From positions 1-61,738 of the forward strand of contig JAUXSI010000028.1 in the NCBI GenBank assembly GCA_030679985.1: a stretch of 61,738 bases of DNA, read 5' to 3'. The DNA is from Candidatus Moraniibacteriota bacterium (GTDB lineage Bacteria > Patescibacteriota > Minisyncoccia > Moranbacterales > UBA2206). Numbering within the stretch: position 1 is the first letter of the stretch; each line of letters opens with the position of its first letter. Both the position numbers and the translations under genes were made by a program. The notes under the pieces were generated by a model, which searched no databases, had not been told where the DNA came from, and saw only the letters and a program-made list of their open reading frames with translations. Below, in pieces: positions 60,456 through 61,738 of the stretch.

Positions 60456-61190
60456 ATGTATCAAAAGGAATTGCAACAATTGGGCTTGAGCAAGAAAGAG
60501 GCCGATGTCTATCTGGCTGCTTTGGAGCTGGGTGAAACGACCGCCCATCGTATCGCCAAAAAATCAGGCATCAAGCGAGCCACTGTCTATCGTATCGTTG
60601 AATCGCTCAAAGAGAAGAGTTTGATATCCGTGTATCACAAGAAATCAATCACGTTTTTTTATGCTGAAAATCCTAAAGCCATAAAAGAAAAAATTGCCAA
60701 TAATTTGAAAACTGTTGATGAAATTTTGCCCGGACTTCTTTCTTTGACTAATTTAACGGACAAGAAGCCGAAAATTCGCTATTATGAAGGAATCGAAGAG
60801 CTTCGCGAGTTGATATTGGAAACCCTGAAATATCCCGGCAAAGAAATTGCGAGTTGGTCGGCTGGCAAATCCATTGAAATTTATGGGGAATCCTTTTGGG
60901 AAAAAGAATATATCGCCGTTCGTATGAAAAGAAAAATTCCGATTCGCCTGATTTATGCCGATGTGCCAATGGGGCATAAACATAAGGATGTAGAAAAAAC
61001 ACAACTCAGACAAGTTCGGATTGAAAAATCATCCAAATTTATTTTTGGCATTCAAATCAAGCTTTTTGGCGACAGATTCGCGGCCTTTATTTCTGACAAA
61101 GAAACCATAGGAATCATGATTGAAAGTAAAAAAACTTTCGATACCTTGAAAAGCATTTTTGAAATTCATTGGCAAACTTTGGAAAAATAA
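60456..61190 (+). CDS. TrmB-family transcriptional regulator
   Basis: LGLSKKEADVYLAALELG, IKRATVY, YYEG. Confidence 0.88.
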   Translation: MYQKELQQLGLSKKEADVYLAALELGETTAHRIAKKSGIKRATVYRIVESLKEKSLISVYHKKSITFFYAENPKAIKEKIANNLKTVDEILPGLLSLTNLTDKKPKIRYYEGIEELRELILETLKYPGKEIASWSAGKSIEIYGESFWEKEYIAVRMKRKIPIRLIYADVPMGHKHKDVEKTQLRQVRIEKSSKFIFGIQIKLFGDRFAAFISDKETIGIMIESKKTFDTLKSIFEIHWQTLEK

Positions 61191-61528
61191 ACAACAATAT
61201 TACATAGTGGGGGTTGGGCGTTTTTTTGAACAAAATGATTCTCAAAGGCTCAATATTCCTCATAAAGCAAAAGGATTGAAATCCGTAGAACGGTCGTAGT
61301 GATCTTCACCCTCTTTTCTTTTCAAAAATTCAATCGCCTTGTATGTTACGGGGGGTATGTATAGCGAGTGTATAGCGAGGACGGTCCTCGACTCGACTAG
61401 ACGCTTGTTTTTCCAAAATAAAAAATGTAAGGCTCCGCCTAATGGGCGACATTAGATCCTCATTTTCTCCGCGTAATTTATAAAAGCCGCTCTCATCACT
61501 GGGAGCGGCTTCGTGATTTTAGCTCAGT

Positions 61529-61738
61529 CTATCCCTCTACTTCAACCTGAAAACCGCCGTAAGCCATCCGTTCCATATCAAAAGGCGCGGACATATCCTT
61601 GCTTCCTTCCATCTTCTTGCTCATTTCTTCCATCACTTTAGCATTGACCTCATTTCGATGTTCTTTGGATTTAAAGACTATGAAAGAAAACCAAACCGTA
61701 TCCCCGCTTGTCGCTCCAGCCATTTCAGGAAATGCACG
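61529..61738 (-). CDS. DUF1428 family protein (5' part outside window)
   Basis: WFSFIVFKSKEHRNEVNAKVM, PFDMERMAYGGF. Confidence 0.85.
   Translation of the reverse strand, partial: RAFPEMAGATSGDTVWFSFIVFKSKEHRNEVNAKVMEEMSKKMEGSKDMSAPFDMERMAYGGFQVEVEG

Noticed and set aside
61250..61375. Possible decayed REP-associated transposase next to the palindrome
   Set aside because: Only a faint FCFMRN-like trace, with no HUH motif or continuous frame
1..61738. tRNA, rRNA, transposase or integrase genes
   Set aside because: None recognised by inspection

Overview
Bacterial chromosomal window (genetic code 11, mostly minus-strand genes). Gene content and SD-less, AT-rich leaders suggest Patescibacteria/CPR (Parcubacteria-like); this is an inference. 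Housekeeping and stress genes include typA, a MacAB-type ABC operon with an ECF sigma/anti-sigma pair, an NhaP antiporter, an HI0933 flavoprotein, csp, ABC-F, sod, cysteine synthase, purC, zur-znuACB, RND efflux, metK with a SAM-I riboswitch, arsR-arsEFG-arsP and VOC genes. These are interspersed with SD-led ORFans. Top finding (46411-51259): a candidate ComQXPA-like prenylated-peptide signalling locus. It comprises a response regulator, an unannotated 39-aa Trp-containing peptide gene (47221-47340) with its own promoter and terminator, a polytopic histidine kinase, a coupled DDxxD prenyltransferase fusion and IPP isomerase. Other notable items: a leaderless Cys-Cys uORF attenuator before cysteine synthase; a c-di-GMP-II-like ON riboswitch before a TasA/SipW operon; an unassigned ~280-nt structured RNA; twin palindromes bracketing ORFan cassettes in a split sigma operon; and palindromic repeats inside CDSs. 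All calls were made by eye; no database searches were run.
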